DNA of 64,000 nt from Bacillales bacterium UBA743 (GTDB lineage: Bacteria; Bacillota_I; Bacilli_A; RFN20; CAG-826), in NCBI GenBank assembly GCA_002297365.1, contig DBKT01000011.1:210650-274649 (forward strand), written 5' to 3'. The position numbers and the translations under genes were made by a program. Within the stretch, counting starts at the first letter, position 1. Each line of letters opens with the position of its first letter. Shown piece after piece: positions 9,503-19,380 of this stretch. Under the pieces are notes generated by a model that saw nothing but the letters and a program-made list of their open reading frames with translations, was not told the origin of the DNA and made no database searches.

Positions 9503-10804
9503 ATGTATGAGGATTTTACCGGCCTTAATGCGATTGAGTATTATTTAACTCGCTTTGTCATTCCTCTTTTTATCGCGGAATCCTTATATTTATTTACTCT
9601 TCCAAAAAGGAAAAGGTGGATTCTTCTTTTTATCAGCACCGCATTCATGTTCTTAATGATTTCGATTAACATCATTTATTTCGATTTGGATTTAAAAACA
9701 GGCTGGTTCCGATTCACTTTTCTCCTTATCTTCCTTCTTTCCTTGCTTCCTATGCTTGCGACCTATTCCTTAAAAGCCAAACAAACGATTTTCTTTGCGC
9801 TTTCCGCTTATGCGATTCAAAACCTAGGCGACAACCTTGGGAATATGGCCATTTTCCTTTCCGATTTGCTCGATAAAAAATATGAAGTTTATCAGTTGCT
9901 GATCTATTCTGGCATATACGCTGTGGTCTTTGTTTGCTATTACTTCCTATTCGTGCAGAAATTTAAAGCCGACATGATTCCGGATTTTATGAACGGGAAA
10001 ATCATTTATTTCATTACGATTATAACTTTGATGGTTGTTTATATTATTTCGATGTTCGCCCAATCCGCTACTGATTTTGTTGGTTTTATCGCAAGCCGTG
10101 TATACGGGATAGTCGCTTGCTTGTTTTTGCTTTTCATTCAATTCAACGCTTTTTATAGCAAAAAGCTCGAAACCGAAAATAAGATGTTCGCTCAAATTAT
10201 CCATAACGAGAACGAGAAATACAAAACATCCAAGCGGAACGTTGACATGATCAACATGCGCATTCACGACTTAAAGCATGAAGTGGAAAACATCAAAGAA
10301 TACGCCCGATCGAAAGAAGAGCAGCTTGCCCTAGCGAATCTTCAAAATGAGTTAGAGATTTATAATAACGAGATCGAAACCGGGAACGCGACATTGAATT
10401 TCATCTTGGCGGAAAAATCCCTTTATTGCAAAAATAACGGCATCAAATTTTCCATTCTTGCTGACGCTTCCGCCTTGGATAAAATGAATAGCAATGATAT
10501 TTATTCTCTCTTTGGGAATGCCCTCGATAATGCGGTTGAGGCAGTTTCAAATGTGAAAAAAGAAAACAGGACGATTATTTTCAACGTCATTCCAAAAGGA
10601 AAATTCATAACGATCCATATCGAAAATTACACGAACGAAGATGTCGTTTTTCATGATGGATTGCCTATCACGCGTAAAGACAAGGATTATCATGGCTACG
10701 GCATAAAGTCGATTCTCCGTGTCATCAAAAAGTATGATGGCACTTATGCGATTAGCTGCAAAGACCACATTTTCATTTTAAACATCGTTTTTTCCAATCT
10801 TTAA
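9503..10804 (+). CDS. Sensor histidine kinase, HPK10 (AgrC/ComD/LytS-like) type with multi-TM sensor domain
   Basis: Six or seven TM helices N-terminal. H-box region (DLKHEVENI). GHKL ATPase N-box (GNALDNAVEA) and G-box (GYGIKSI). Starts 4 bp after the RR gene. Confidence 0.8.
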   Translation: MYEDFTGLNAIEYYLTRFVIPLFIAESLYLFTLPKRKRWILLFISTAFMFLMISINIIYFDLDLKTGWFRFTFLLIFLLSLLPMLATYSLKAKQTIFFALSAYAIQNLGDNLGNMAIFLSDLLDKKYEVYQLLIYSGIYAVVFVCYYFLFVQKFKADMIPDFMNGKIIYFITIITLMVVYIISMFAQSATDFVGFIASRVYGIVACLFLLFIQFNAFYSKKLETENKMFAQIIHNENEKYKTSKRNVDMINMRIHDLKHEVENIKEYARSKEEQLALANLQNELEIYNNEIETGNATLNFILAEKSLYCKNNGIKFSILADASALDKMNSNDIYSLFGNALDNAVEAVSNVKKENRTIIFNVIPKGKFITIHIENYTNEDVVFHDGLPITRKDKDYHGYGIKSILRVIKKYDGTYAISCKDHIFILNIVFSNL

Positions 10805-10948
10805 TTTATCTTCCGTCAATTAAGACAAATAGCTTGCAAGATAGGACTAGCCACTACCCATCTTTTTGTTTTCCTTATTATCATAAAAGCGCTTACATAA
10901 TTCATAACATCAAATTGCTCGTACCGAGAATTTGAAGAAAGGATAACT

Positions 10949-13900
10949 ATGAAGAGAAAGCGAATCATTTTAATGGTGATTTCAGGCGCAGCTGCAATTG
11001 GCATCGTCGCTGGTTTGAATGTGGGCAATAGCCTCTACAAACAATTTGAAGGGACCATCGTCGGCGTACTTTGTCCGCCGATAAAGGACGAGAAAGCTGC
11101 CGAAGCATCCACTTCCGCTGGAAACGAACTTGCGGAAAAGCTCGTCGCGGAAGGTTCGGTCTTACTCAAAAACAATGGAACTCTTCCTTTAAGCGAAAAT
11201 AACGTCACCGGCGTGAATCTCTTGGGCTTTGGCTCATATAATTGGCAATACACCGGCTCCGGAAGCGGAATCTCAGCCCCGCAACAAGGCGGTTGGGAGA
11301 CAAACACCGATCTAAGGGACGCTTTTATTGATTATGGAATAGATATCAATGAAAAACTTTATCGATATTACTCTTCTTATTCCAGCACTAGGCCGGAACT
11401 TGGAACGTTAGGCACGAATCGCGATACCAATCCTTATTTTTCTTATTTAGTAGAGCCGGACCTTGATGCAGACGAGAGTTATAAAGCTTTATTAACGCAA
11501 GCCCCCTCCTTTTCTAACACGGCGATTGTCTCCATCGGGAGAAGCGCGGGCGAAAGCGAAGACCTCCCTAAGAGCCAATACAAAACGAAACCAGGCGGCA
11601 TAGATGAGACTCGTCACACCCTTCAGCTGACCACAGAAGAAGAAAAGCTTCTTCGTTTTGCGGGAAGCGCTTTTGAAAACGTCATTGTACTGATTAATTC
11701 CACCAATACCTTCCAAACGGATTTCTTAGATACAATTCCAGGCATTGATGCGGCCCTATGCGTGGGTGTTACGGGCAACCACGGTGCTTTAGCGATCCCG
11801 AAATTGCTTTTTGGCGAAGTCAATCCTTCCGGTCATTTGGCGGATACGGTCCCTTATGATTTTTTGAAAAACGTGAATACGGAATATACTGGTTTCGAAG
11901 GCGTTTCTTTCTACAAGAATTCCGCGGACGTTACTACCCCTGAAAGCCAAAAAAGGTATGGGTACACAAACGCTGGATACAGCGACAGACCTGGTCTAGC
12001 CTATGTCGATTATATTGAGGACATTTATGTCGGATATCGTTGGTATGAGACCGCTGGCGCAGAAGGGGTGTTCGATAAAGAAACACGTCAGACGCTTGAC
12101 ATGAACGATAACCCCATTACCAAAACAAAATATGACGCCGTTGTTCAATATCCTTTTGGATATGGCCTCTCTTACACGAATTTTGATTGGAAGATCAATT
12201 CCGCGAAAGTGCTCGAAAAAGAAAAAAATGAAGATGGCACCATTTCCGAAAAAGAGGTCAATGATGATTCTATCGAAGCAAATCGCGTGTACCGTTTTGA
12301 AGTAGAAGTCACAAACGTTGGTTCGGTGGCTGGGAAAGACGTTGTTGAGCTTTATAACGCCCCTTCTTACACCGAAGGCGGTATTGAAAAAAGCGTTGTG
12401 AATCTACTGGATTTTGCAAAAACGGATATCATTCAGCCAGGCGAAAGCGAAATTGTCATCGTTGAAGCGGAAACCAGAGATTTCGCTTCATTTGATGCTT
12501 ACGACAAAAACAATAACGGCAAAAGCACATACGAGATTGATGAAGGCAACTATGCTCTCCAGCTTATGAGTGATTCCCATCACATAAAAGAAGTTGTCAA
12601 TGATGGCGGAGAGAAAGTCCCTGGTGTTAAAAATTACCAAGCGAAATCCACCCTCATTCTGGATAAAGACCCTTATACCGAACAAGAAATCTCTAATATC
12701 TTTACCGGCACAAACGCAAAAGATGGCGTCAGCATTGATGGATTAGGCGAAGCCGGTGGCAATCAAAATATCGATTATATTTCTCGTAAGGACTTCAATG
12801 GCGATTACGCTTATCCACGTGCAAAATCTTCTACCGGAGACATTACTACTGGCAGAGACATGGCTTCTAATATAGCCGACAAAATGTATTTCCAAGGATA
12901 TGACAGAAAAGATAGAAGCAAAGCAATCGCTTTTGACAAAGCTACAGTCGATGCATTCGGAAACGAAGTGGACCAAACCCCTGTAACCTATAAATCAGGC
13001 GATTTAAAAGTCACGAACTCGGTGCAAGAGTCAAAACTCGAGAATGTGACCGAACTTGGCTTTGCTCTTGGAGAAAATTATGACGATCCGCGCTGGGAAG
13101 ATGTTTTGAATCAAGTGTCAAGCGAGGAAGCAAAAAATACCCTTAGCAACGCCTTCTCAAAGCAAAGCGCAATCGCTTCCATTGGCTTACCGGAAGTTAA
13201 TACTTTAGATGGCCCTTCCCAAATTGGCGGATTTACCTCGCCAAATAAAGGCGTCGGCTTTCCGAATTCCACTCTTGTCGCTCAAACTTGGGATAAGATT
13301 CTCGCCTACGAAGAAGGCTTATCGATTGGAAATGACATGGAAGCCCTTGGTCTGTACGGAATCTGCGGAACGGGTGCGGATATTCACCGCTCTCCATTTT
13401 GCGGAAGAAACTTCGAATATTATTCAGAAGATCCTCTTTTATCTGGCATCATGGCCGGAAATTATGTGAAAGGCATCCGCCAAAACGGGAAAATCGCTTA
13501 TTTGAAGCATTTCGCTTTGGCGGAAACCGAGACTTGCCGCGATAACCTTTACACCTGGGTAAGTGAGCAAGCGCTCAGAGAAATCTACTTGGAGCCATTT
13601 AGAATTGCGGTTCAAGAATATGGCGCGAACGGATTGATGACCTCCTATAACCGCGTCGGAGCCCTTTGGGCTGGCGGAAGCGTCTCATTGATGACTGGCG
13701 TTTTACGAAACGAATGGGGATTCAAAGGAGCGGTCATTACCGATTATTCCGACCTGAATCGCTATATGGATTTAGACGAAACGTTAAGAGCCGGCGGCGA
13801 TTTAGGAATGGCCGTAGGAACAGTAAGCGACTACTCGACCCCTCGCGCACAACGCGTGCTTAGAAATGCGGTAAAACACGTTGTATACGCTTATCTCAAT

Positions 13901-14137
13901 GCGATGTATTCGCGCCGTGAATATAACAAGAACCCTTGGAAGGGGAAAACCATCACCTCCTCCAATTCAAGGCCATCTTTCAATTGGGTATCACCATTAG
14001 TCCTTGATGTGAATATCGCCCTTGGGTTCGTTGTCTTTGGCTTAGTCTTCTTCGGAGTGTTCGATTCCTTCGGATTATGTGCGTGGATTGACCAAAAAAT
14101 CGCATCCAAAAAGAAGAAAAAAGAGGAGGAGAAATAA
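10949..14137 (+). CDS. Glycoside hydrolase family 3 (beta-glucosidase/beta-xylosidase-like), domain-permuted, with N-terminal signal-anchor and C-terminal TM anchor plus poly-Lys tail
   Basis: The GH3 C-terminal-type domain and FnIII-like region occur first (LLKNNGTLPL...). The GH3 catalytic (beta/alpha)8 domain with the KHF and nucleophile motif (GFKGAVITDYSD) occurs last. Hydrophobic N-terminus (ILMVISGAAAIGIVAGL). C-terminal helix (IALGFVVFGLVFFGVF) followed by KKKKKEEEK. Confidence 0.8.
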   Translation: MKRKRIILMVISGAAAIGIVAGLNVGNSLYKQFEGTIVGVLCPPIKDEKAAEASTSAGNELAEKLVAEGSVLLKNNGTLPLSENNVTGVNLLGFGSYNWQYTGSGSGISAPQQGGWETNTDLRDAFIDYGIDINEKLYRYYSSYSSTRPELGTLGTNRDTNPYFSYLVEPDLDADESYKALLTQAPSFSNTAIVSIGRSAGESEDLPKSQYKTKPGGIDETRHTLQLTTEEEKLLRFAGSAFENVIVLINSTNTFQTDFLDTIPGIDAALCVGVTGNHGALAIPKLLFGEVNPSGHLADTVPYDFLKNVNTEYTGFEGVSFYKNSADVTTPESQKRYGYTNAGYSDRPGLAYVDYIEDIYVGYRWYETAGAEGVFDKETRQTLDMNDNPITKTKYDAVVQYPFGYGLSYTNFDWKINSAKVLEKEKNEDGTISEKEVNDDSIEANRVYRFEVEVTNVGSVAGKDVVELYNAPSYTEGGIEKSVVNLLDFAKTDIIQPGESEIVIVEAETRDFASFDAYDKNNNGKSTYEIDEGNYALQLMSDSHHIKEVVNDGGEKVPGVKNYQAKSTLILDKDPYTEQEISNIFTGTNAKDGVSIDGLGEAGGNQNIDYISRKDFNGDYAYPRAKSSTGDITTGRDMASNIADKMYFQGYDRKDRSKAIAFDKATVDAFGNEVDQTPVTYKSGDLKVTNSVQESKLENVTELGFALGENYDDPRWEDVLNQVSSEEAKNTLSNAFSKQSAIASIGLPEVNTLDGPSQIGGFTSPNKGVGFPNSTLVAQTWDKILAYEEGLSIGNDMEALGLYGICGTGADIHRSPFCGRNFEYYSEDPLLSGIMAGNYVKGIRQNGKIAYLKHFALAETETCRDNLYTWVSEQALREIYLEPFRIAVQEYGANGLMTSYNRVGALWAGGSVSLMTGVLRNEWGFKGAVITDYSDLNRYMDLDETLRAGGDLGMAVGTVSDYSTPRAQRVLRNAVKHVVYAYLNAMYSRREYNKNPWKGKTITSSNSRPSFNWVSPLVLDVNIALGFVVFGLVFFGVFDSFGLCAWIDQKIASKKKKKEEEK

Positions 14138-14138
14138 C

Positions 14139-17090
14139 ATGAAAACAAAACGTATTGCTTTGATTGTCTTAAGTTCGGCGGCTTTAATCACATGCGGAAC
14201 CGTCCCTTTAGTAGAGTATCTGAAATTCCTCAGCGACCAAGCTCTAGCCTCCCAAGACAGCATTCAAGAAGATGGAAGCTCTAGTAACGAGCAACAGCAA
14301 AAGAAACGTCTCACCGACATGAACATTTCCTTAAAAGAAGGCTTTTCCTATTACAAAAATAGAAAAGCAAGCCCAAAATTTGAGGATTTTGATGTCAATG
14401 GTGTTTATAACGACGGCAGCAATTCCCCAATGGAGAAAGAGAAAGTAAGTCTCTCCTATGGCGATGATTTCTTCTTAAATGGTGGAAAAATCGTCTTTTC
14501 CTCAGGCTCCGTCACGAAAGAAATCACGGTTGAGCTCACCGATCTAAAAAAGGTCTCGCTCACGATTAGTTCCCTTCCTTTCAAAACGGTTTATGAAAAA
14601 AATGAGACGTTCGATGAAGAAGCATTAAAGGTAGAGGTTCTCTACAATGACGGCAGCAAAGAGAGCGTTGCCAAGCAAGACGCTTCAAATCCTAACGGCT
14701 ATCAGATAATAACCTCAGAATTTTCTGAGCCTACCGACGCCCATGAAGTCAAGATTGTTTATGGGGAAGGGGATGAAAAGATCGAGACCGCCTTCTCAGT
14801 GAAGGTTGTTACGAGTTTGGCAAACGATGAGCTTAAATCCGTTTACGTCGAGCCTGTCACTTTATCGGAAGGGGATTCGTTAAGCTCCTTATCCTCTAAT
14901 TGTCGCGTTATCGGCGTCTATGAAAGCGGAAATAAGAAAGTCTTAAATGACGATGAATATTATTTCTCTTCCCTAAATGGAACTGCTGAGCTCGGGGAAA
15001 AATATGACATTTCCGTTATTTTAAATGATTCTGGTCTAAAAGCACCGGTTTCCATCACCACAAGAAAGAAGATTGAAGCGGAATCCGCAACTCTTCCTGA
15101 GAATACCTACTATCCGCATGTCGGGACGCACTTAGGAGTGACTTACGTCGGCGGCTTCAACCCGCTGAAAGGGAAAGAGGGCGAAAATTGGATGGCCTTT
15201 TCCGTATCTTCCGAAAATTATTCGGAAGGGAAGCTCACTCTTCGCCTTAGCAATGGCTTCGCCAGAAATATCCAAGGCGAAAATGCATGGACGCAATATC
15301 ACGCTGCATTGCCTTTGGATCTATCCGATGTCGCGACGATTACCTTAAATGGCAAAGAATTGGAAGGCGATTTCTGGCTCCCTGGATATGTCACAACCAA
15401 AGAGGAAGAAGTTGGCTATTACGATGAAATATTCGGTCATTACGTCAACCTCACGATTGACGATATAGCGCTTCATAGAGGTGATGACAACATCCTGAAA
15501 ATCCAATGGAAAACAAGCGAAAGCGGGAAACAAAACCTTTGGAATGAGACCCCTTCTTGCAACATCGATTATTTTGTTTATGAAGTCGAAAGCAAAGAGC
15601 TTAATGCAAGCGATGTCGTTTCGCTTGAATCTTCCTCCTTCCCAAGTAGAATTTCATCTTTGGATCTTGAGGAAAAGAATTTCATAGTTAATGCCAAAAT
15701 GAATGACGGCAGCCTTCGTGAGGTGTCTAGAGATGATATCCTCATTTCGGTGAGTAACGTCTTTGCCCCAACCGAATTCGGGGTTGGATATCATGACGTT
15801 ACCGTTTATTTGGCCAAGAATAAATCTATTTTCTTCGTTCAGAAAAATGTCCTTGTTTACGATGAAACTTCCGCGGATTACATGGATGCCAACGGCGGAG
15901 CAAAAGGGACAATCCAAGATTCTTATGGCGTTAAGCACAAGGTTTGGACCGATTTGAGCGATGGAAACACCCTCAATGTGTCTTTCGCGGTGCATCAAAA
16001 GCAATCCATTGATGTCTTCCTTGAATTGATTAATCTCTATAAGCAAAACGATATCAGCTTAGATGTTCCCCTCAATAAAGTAATGGACGTCACGCTTGAT
16101 GATAACGCTTTGGCTATAAACGACTCTGTCATTTTGAAAGGAAAAATGAGCAGCAGTCAAAAAGAACAAGGAAACATCTATCCTTCTAGCGTCAAACTGA
16201 TCACGCTCAATGATTTAGAGCGTGGGGAGCATTCCTTAAAGATCACGCTCAAGAGCGAGAACGAATACACGCCAAGTCTTGCTTTAGAGAAGGTTCGTTT
16301 CGAAAGTAGCAAATACGATGTGAAAGATGTGAAGTCTATCGCTTTCGAGAAAGAAAGCATCTCCGTTGAAGGCAATACGTATTGTTCCGAAGTTATTTTG
16401 CCTCGCGTTATCGCAACGCTAAACAACGAGGAAAAAGTTGTGCTCGATGATGCGGATTTAATCTTCTCTTATAGCGAGGATTCTATTATCTATGCTCCAT
16501 TAAGCGAAGAAAGAATAGAAGCTAAATTAGGTGAGCTTAAAGCAACGCTCACGATTCATGTCTCCGGTAAAATGGAGGCAGAAAATCGCACTGGACTTAG
16601 CTATAACGTGAACACGGAGAAGAATGAAGCTGGTGACGTTTATGTTTCTGGCTTTACCAATAAAAACACTTGGCGGTCTACTTTCGACTATAAATTCACC
16701 ATAAAAGAAGAAGGAGATTACAAGATTTCTGCAAATTTAGCGAATGGCTATATCGTTAAAAACAACGAAGGCAGCTATTATTCCAAAGAAATCGCCTTAA
16801 AAGAATTCGTTGATTTCAAAATAAACGGCGAAGCATTGACGTTGAGCGATTCTGCGAAATTTGAAAATTCAAGCAATAGCGATTTATGGGATTTATACAA
16901 GATATTTAGCCTTCTCACAATCTCTGATGGCACACACCTTAAAAAAGGCGAGAATTCAATCCACTTTGAATTTAAATCATTCCATAACGATTTGGATGAA
17001 GATTTCTATTGGGTTAATCAAAATGGCGTGGGCAAAGACCCCCAATCCCCAACCTTCAATCTTGATTACTTCCTTTTGGAGAAAATATAA
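14139..17090 (+). CDS. Large surface (lipo)protein with tandem Ig-like beta-sandwich repeats. The preferred start is the ATG at 14139; the ORF track's start at 14079 overlaps the previous gene.
   Basis: Strong SD AAGAGGAGGAG 8 nt upstream of the ATG at 14139. Signal peptide MKTKRIALIVLSSAALITCG with Cys. About 980 aa, Ser/Thr-rich, with repetitive beta-rich modules. Confidence 0.55.
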   Translation: MKTKRIALIVLSSAALITCGTVPLVEYLKFLSDQALASQDSIQEDGSSSNEQQQKKRLTDMNISLKEGFSYYKNRKASPKFEDFDVNGVYNDGSNSPMEKEKVSLSYGDDFFLNGGKIVFSSGSVTKEITVELTDLKKVSLTISSLPFKTVYEKNETFDEEALKVEVLYNDGSKESVAKQDASNPNGYQIITSEFSEPTDAHEVKIVYGEGDEKIETAFSVKVVTSLANDELKSVYVEPVTLSEGDSLSSLSSNCRVIGVYESGNKKVLNDDEYYFSSLNGTAELGEKYDISVILNDSGLKAPVSITTRKKIEAESATLPENTYYPHVGTHLGVTYVGGFNPLKGKEGENWMAFSVSSENYSEGKLTLRLSNGFARNIQGENAWTQYHAALPLDLSDVATITLNGKELEGDFWLPGYVTTKEEEVGYYDEIFGHYVNLTIDDIALHRGDDNILKIQWKTSESGKQNLWNETPSCNIDYFVYEVESKELNASDVVSLESSSFPSRISSLDLEEKNFIVNAKMNDGSLREVSRDDILISVSNVFAPTEFGVGYHDVTVYLAKNKSIFFVQKNVLVYDETSADYMDANGGAKGTIQDSYGVKHKVWTDLSDGNTLNVSFAVHQKQSIDVFLELINLYKQNDISLDVPLNKVMDVTLDDNALAINDSVILKGKMSSSQKEQGNIYPSSVKLITLNDLERGEHSLKITLKSENEYTPSLALEKVRFESSKYDVKDVKSIAFEKESISVEGNTYCSEVILPRVIATLNNEEKVVLDDADLIFSYSEDSIIYAPLSEERIEAKLGELKATLTIHVSGKMEAENRTGLSYNVNTEKNEAGDVYVSGFTNKNTWRSTFDYKFTIKEEGDYKISANLANGYIVKNNEGSYYSKEIALKEFVDFKINGEALTLSDSAKFENSSNSDLWDLYKIFSLLTISDGTHLKKGENSIHFEFKSFHNDLDEDFYWVNQNGVGKDPQSPTFNLDYFLLEKI

Positions 17091-17102
17091 GGAGAACATG
17101 CG

Positions 17103-18800
17103 ATGAAAAAGAAAAACTTTCTGACATTAGTTGCGCTTTTAAGCGGACTTTCTATGGCAAGTTGCGGAAATACCCCTGCCGACGTTTCAAGCAATAGCGA
17201 TTCGCAATCTACTACTTCCACAGGCAGTAGTGAGGCGTCCGCTTCAAGCGACTCTTCGATCACCGATCCTAACGAGGGGGCTAGCATCTCCACGCTATTT
17301 GCCTCCCTGAAAGAAGGAATCTGTTTCTATAACAACGGGAGAGCCAATCCAAGCAAAGAAGATTTTGAAGTCTATGCGATGCTTAGCAATGGCTCTAGCT
17401 TAGAGCTTGCCCCTAGCGAATTTGAGATGGAAGTGCCAGCCAATTTTAAAGCAGAAGGCGGCACGATCATCTTCAAGGCGGGGGAAAAGAGTTTCGATTT
17501 AGCCATAACTCTAGCGGATTACTCTATCCGCGATTTAAGCGCAAGTCTTAAAGAAGAAAAAACTTTCTACAAGGGGGATGTGAAGCTAACCAAAGACGAT
17601 TTAATCGTTACTGCCATCTTTGTCGATGGCGTTAAAAAGACGCTGCGAGAGACGGATTACGAGTTGTCCTTAGGAAAGGATTTCCCATATTCCGGGGGTG
17701 AGGCGATAATTCAAACCGTCGACAAGAAAGCATCGACGAAGCTTGAAATCAAGGCGGTTGATGTCATTCTTGACCGTATTGAAGTAGCGAAAATGCCGGG
17801 CAAAACGCATTATGCCGTTGGTGAGGCCTTTGATTCCTCGTTGATGGAAATACGCTCGATCCTCAATAATGGAGTATCACGTATACTGAAAGAGGGCGAA
17901 TATGAGATTGAGGCTCCGTCTTTTTCCGAAGCGGGAAATAAAAGCGTAAAGGTCTCTTACACGTATAGCTATGTGCCAAATGGCTATAGCAATGAAAGAA
18001 TCGATATAACAAAATGGACTTCTTTTGATGTAACAATCAATCAAACTTTAGATAACGGAGACCTCATTTCAATTGAATCCTTCAGCCAACCAATCATCTA
18101 TGATGGCGAGACGCTGGATAAGCTAAATGGCGGTTGCAAATTCTATGGCAAGTATGCTAACGGCAACATCCTTTCGATTAATGATAGCGCCTCGATAACT
18201 TATCCAACAGGCAATGCCGTCTTTGGCGAATACGCCTCAATCATGGTTAATTGCGGAGAAGTTAGCGAAGAGTTTCCAATCAAAATTTCAAACAAAATTG
18301 AATGCGAGACTTCCACTAATTTCAAAGGGGCAGAAATACAGCATAATGCCCTTCGCAATTTCAATTTAGTAAAGAATGTCGGCGTGGAGAATAATTTCTT
18401 TGAGCTCGAATATGACGCCCCTTCCGATATAGAAGGGAACTTGTCTCTCAATATGGCGCCGGTCACCTTGCAAATGTATGGGGATAAAACCTTCATGGCA
18501 GGAGCAAGGCTCAATACTTTCATGCGTCTATTTGTGAACGATAAAGAAATCGCTATTTCTAATGACAGCGTCATGAAGCAAGGCGAAGTAGGCGCAACTC
18601 CTAATGATTGGAATTTCGGTCCTTTTTATGAGCAATATCAGCTTGTGGACGTGAGCGATGTTTCTCTGAAGAAAGGCGCAAACAAAATTAAGGTCGAGCT
18701 TTTCCCTTGCACGAGCGGATTAAAAACTTGTTGGGACGACAATTATTGGCCATCCGCTGACTTTGACTACATGCTTATCTCCACTGCCGCAAAGAAATGA
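17103..18800 (+). CDS. Surface lipoprotein with Ser/Thr-rich linker and Ig-like repeats
   Basis: SD AAGGAG upstream. Lipoprotein-type signal (LLSGLSMASCGNT). Low-complexity S/T linker followed by beta-rich modules. Confidence 0.55.
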   Translation: MKKKNFLTLVALLSGLSMASCGNTPADVSSNSDSQSTTSTGSSEASASSDSSITDPNEGASISTLFASLKEGICFYNNGRANPSKEDFEVYAMLSNGSSLELAPSEFEMEVPANFKAEGGTIIFKAGEKSFDLAITLADYSIRDLSASLKEEKTFYKGDVKLTKDDLIVTAIFVDGVKKTLRETDYELSLGKDFPYSGGEAIIQTVDKKASTKLEIKAVDVILDRIEVAKMPGKTHYAVGEAFDSSLMEIRSILNNGVSRILKEGEYEIEAPSFSEAGNKSVKVSYTYSYVPNGYSNERIDITKWTSFDVTINQTLDNGDLISIESFSQPIIYDGETLDKLNGGCKFYGKYANGNILSINDSASITYPTGNAVFGEYASIMVNCGEVSEEFPIKISNKIECETSTNFKGAEIQHNALRNFNLVKNVGVENNFFELEYDAPSDIEGNLSLNMAPVTLQMYGDKTFMAGARLNTFMRLFVNDKEIAISNDSVMKQGEVGATPNDWNFGPFYEQYQLVDVSDVSLKKGANKIKVELFPCTSGLKTCWDDNYWPSADFDYMLISTAAKK

Positions 18801-19380
18801 GCGATAACAATATCGTCCCATTATCGACAGAAGAATAAGGAATTCGCATTTGGGCCAAAGGCTGAGTTTCTAACCTAACGGAATGCGGTGAGGATTCTCG
18901 TTTTAAATTCTGCAAGTCCATTTGGAAATTGAGAAACAACGAAACCTCTCGATCTTAGAAAATATTTTCGTTGATTTGTTTCTCGCATCATTTTCAGAAT
19001 CGGATACAGCACGCTTATTGTCATTGAATTTCCACTCTTCTAGCGCCATTCAATTCCCTTTTGCCCAAATATTCCATATCGAAAATTCCTACATCCTTGA
19101 AAAAGCAAGCAATGAATGAATCAATTGCCTTTTTAGTCTTTCATGCAATGTCGAACCGTATCCGCTTCCCTTTTTTCTATATTTTGAAATAAGAAACGAT
19201 ATGAAAGATGCGGCGATGGTATTTGAGGTAGAATCATATGTTTTTTCATTTTATCGTCCGTTTAATGGTTTATCTTCCCACTTTAAGGTAATAAAATTGA
19301 TGTAAAGAAATAACATGTGGCAAGCACATCTAGAAATCGAGTTATGCTGTCCATAACACTTACATACAAGGAGGTCACCT

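Noticed and set aside
14079-14138. Upstream extension of the large lipoprotein ORF (start at 14079)
   Set aside because: It overlaps the end of the GH3 gene in another frame and lacks an RBS. The ATG at 14139 has a strong SD and begins a canonical signal peptide.
18801-19380. tRNA or small RNA gene in the 580-bp intergenic region
   Set aside because: There is no cloverleaf-compatible sequence, no T-loop GGTTCGAAT-type motif and no terminator. It is probably a promoter/leader region for the zinc-ribbon membrane protein gene.
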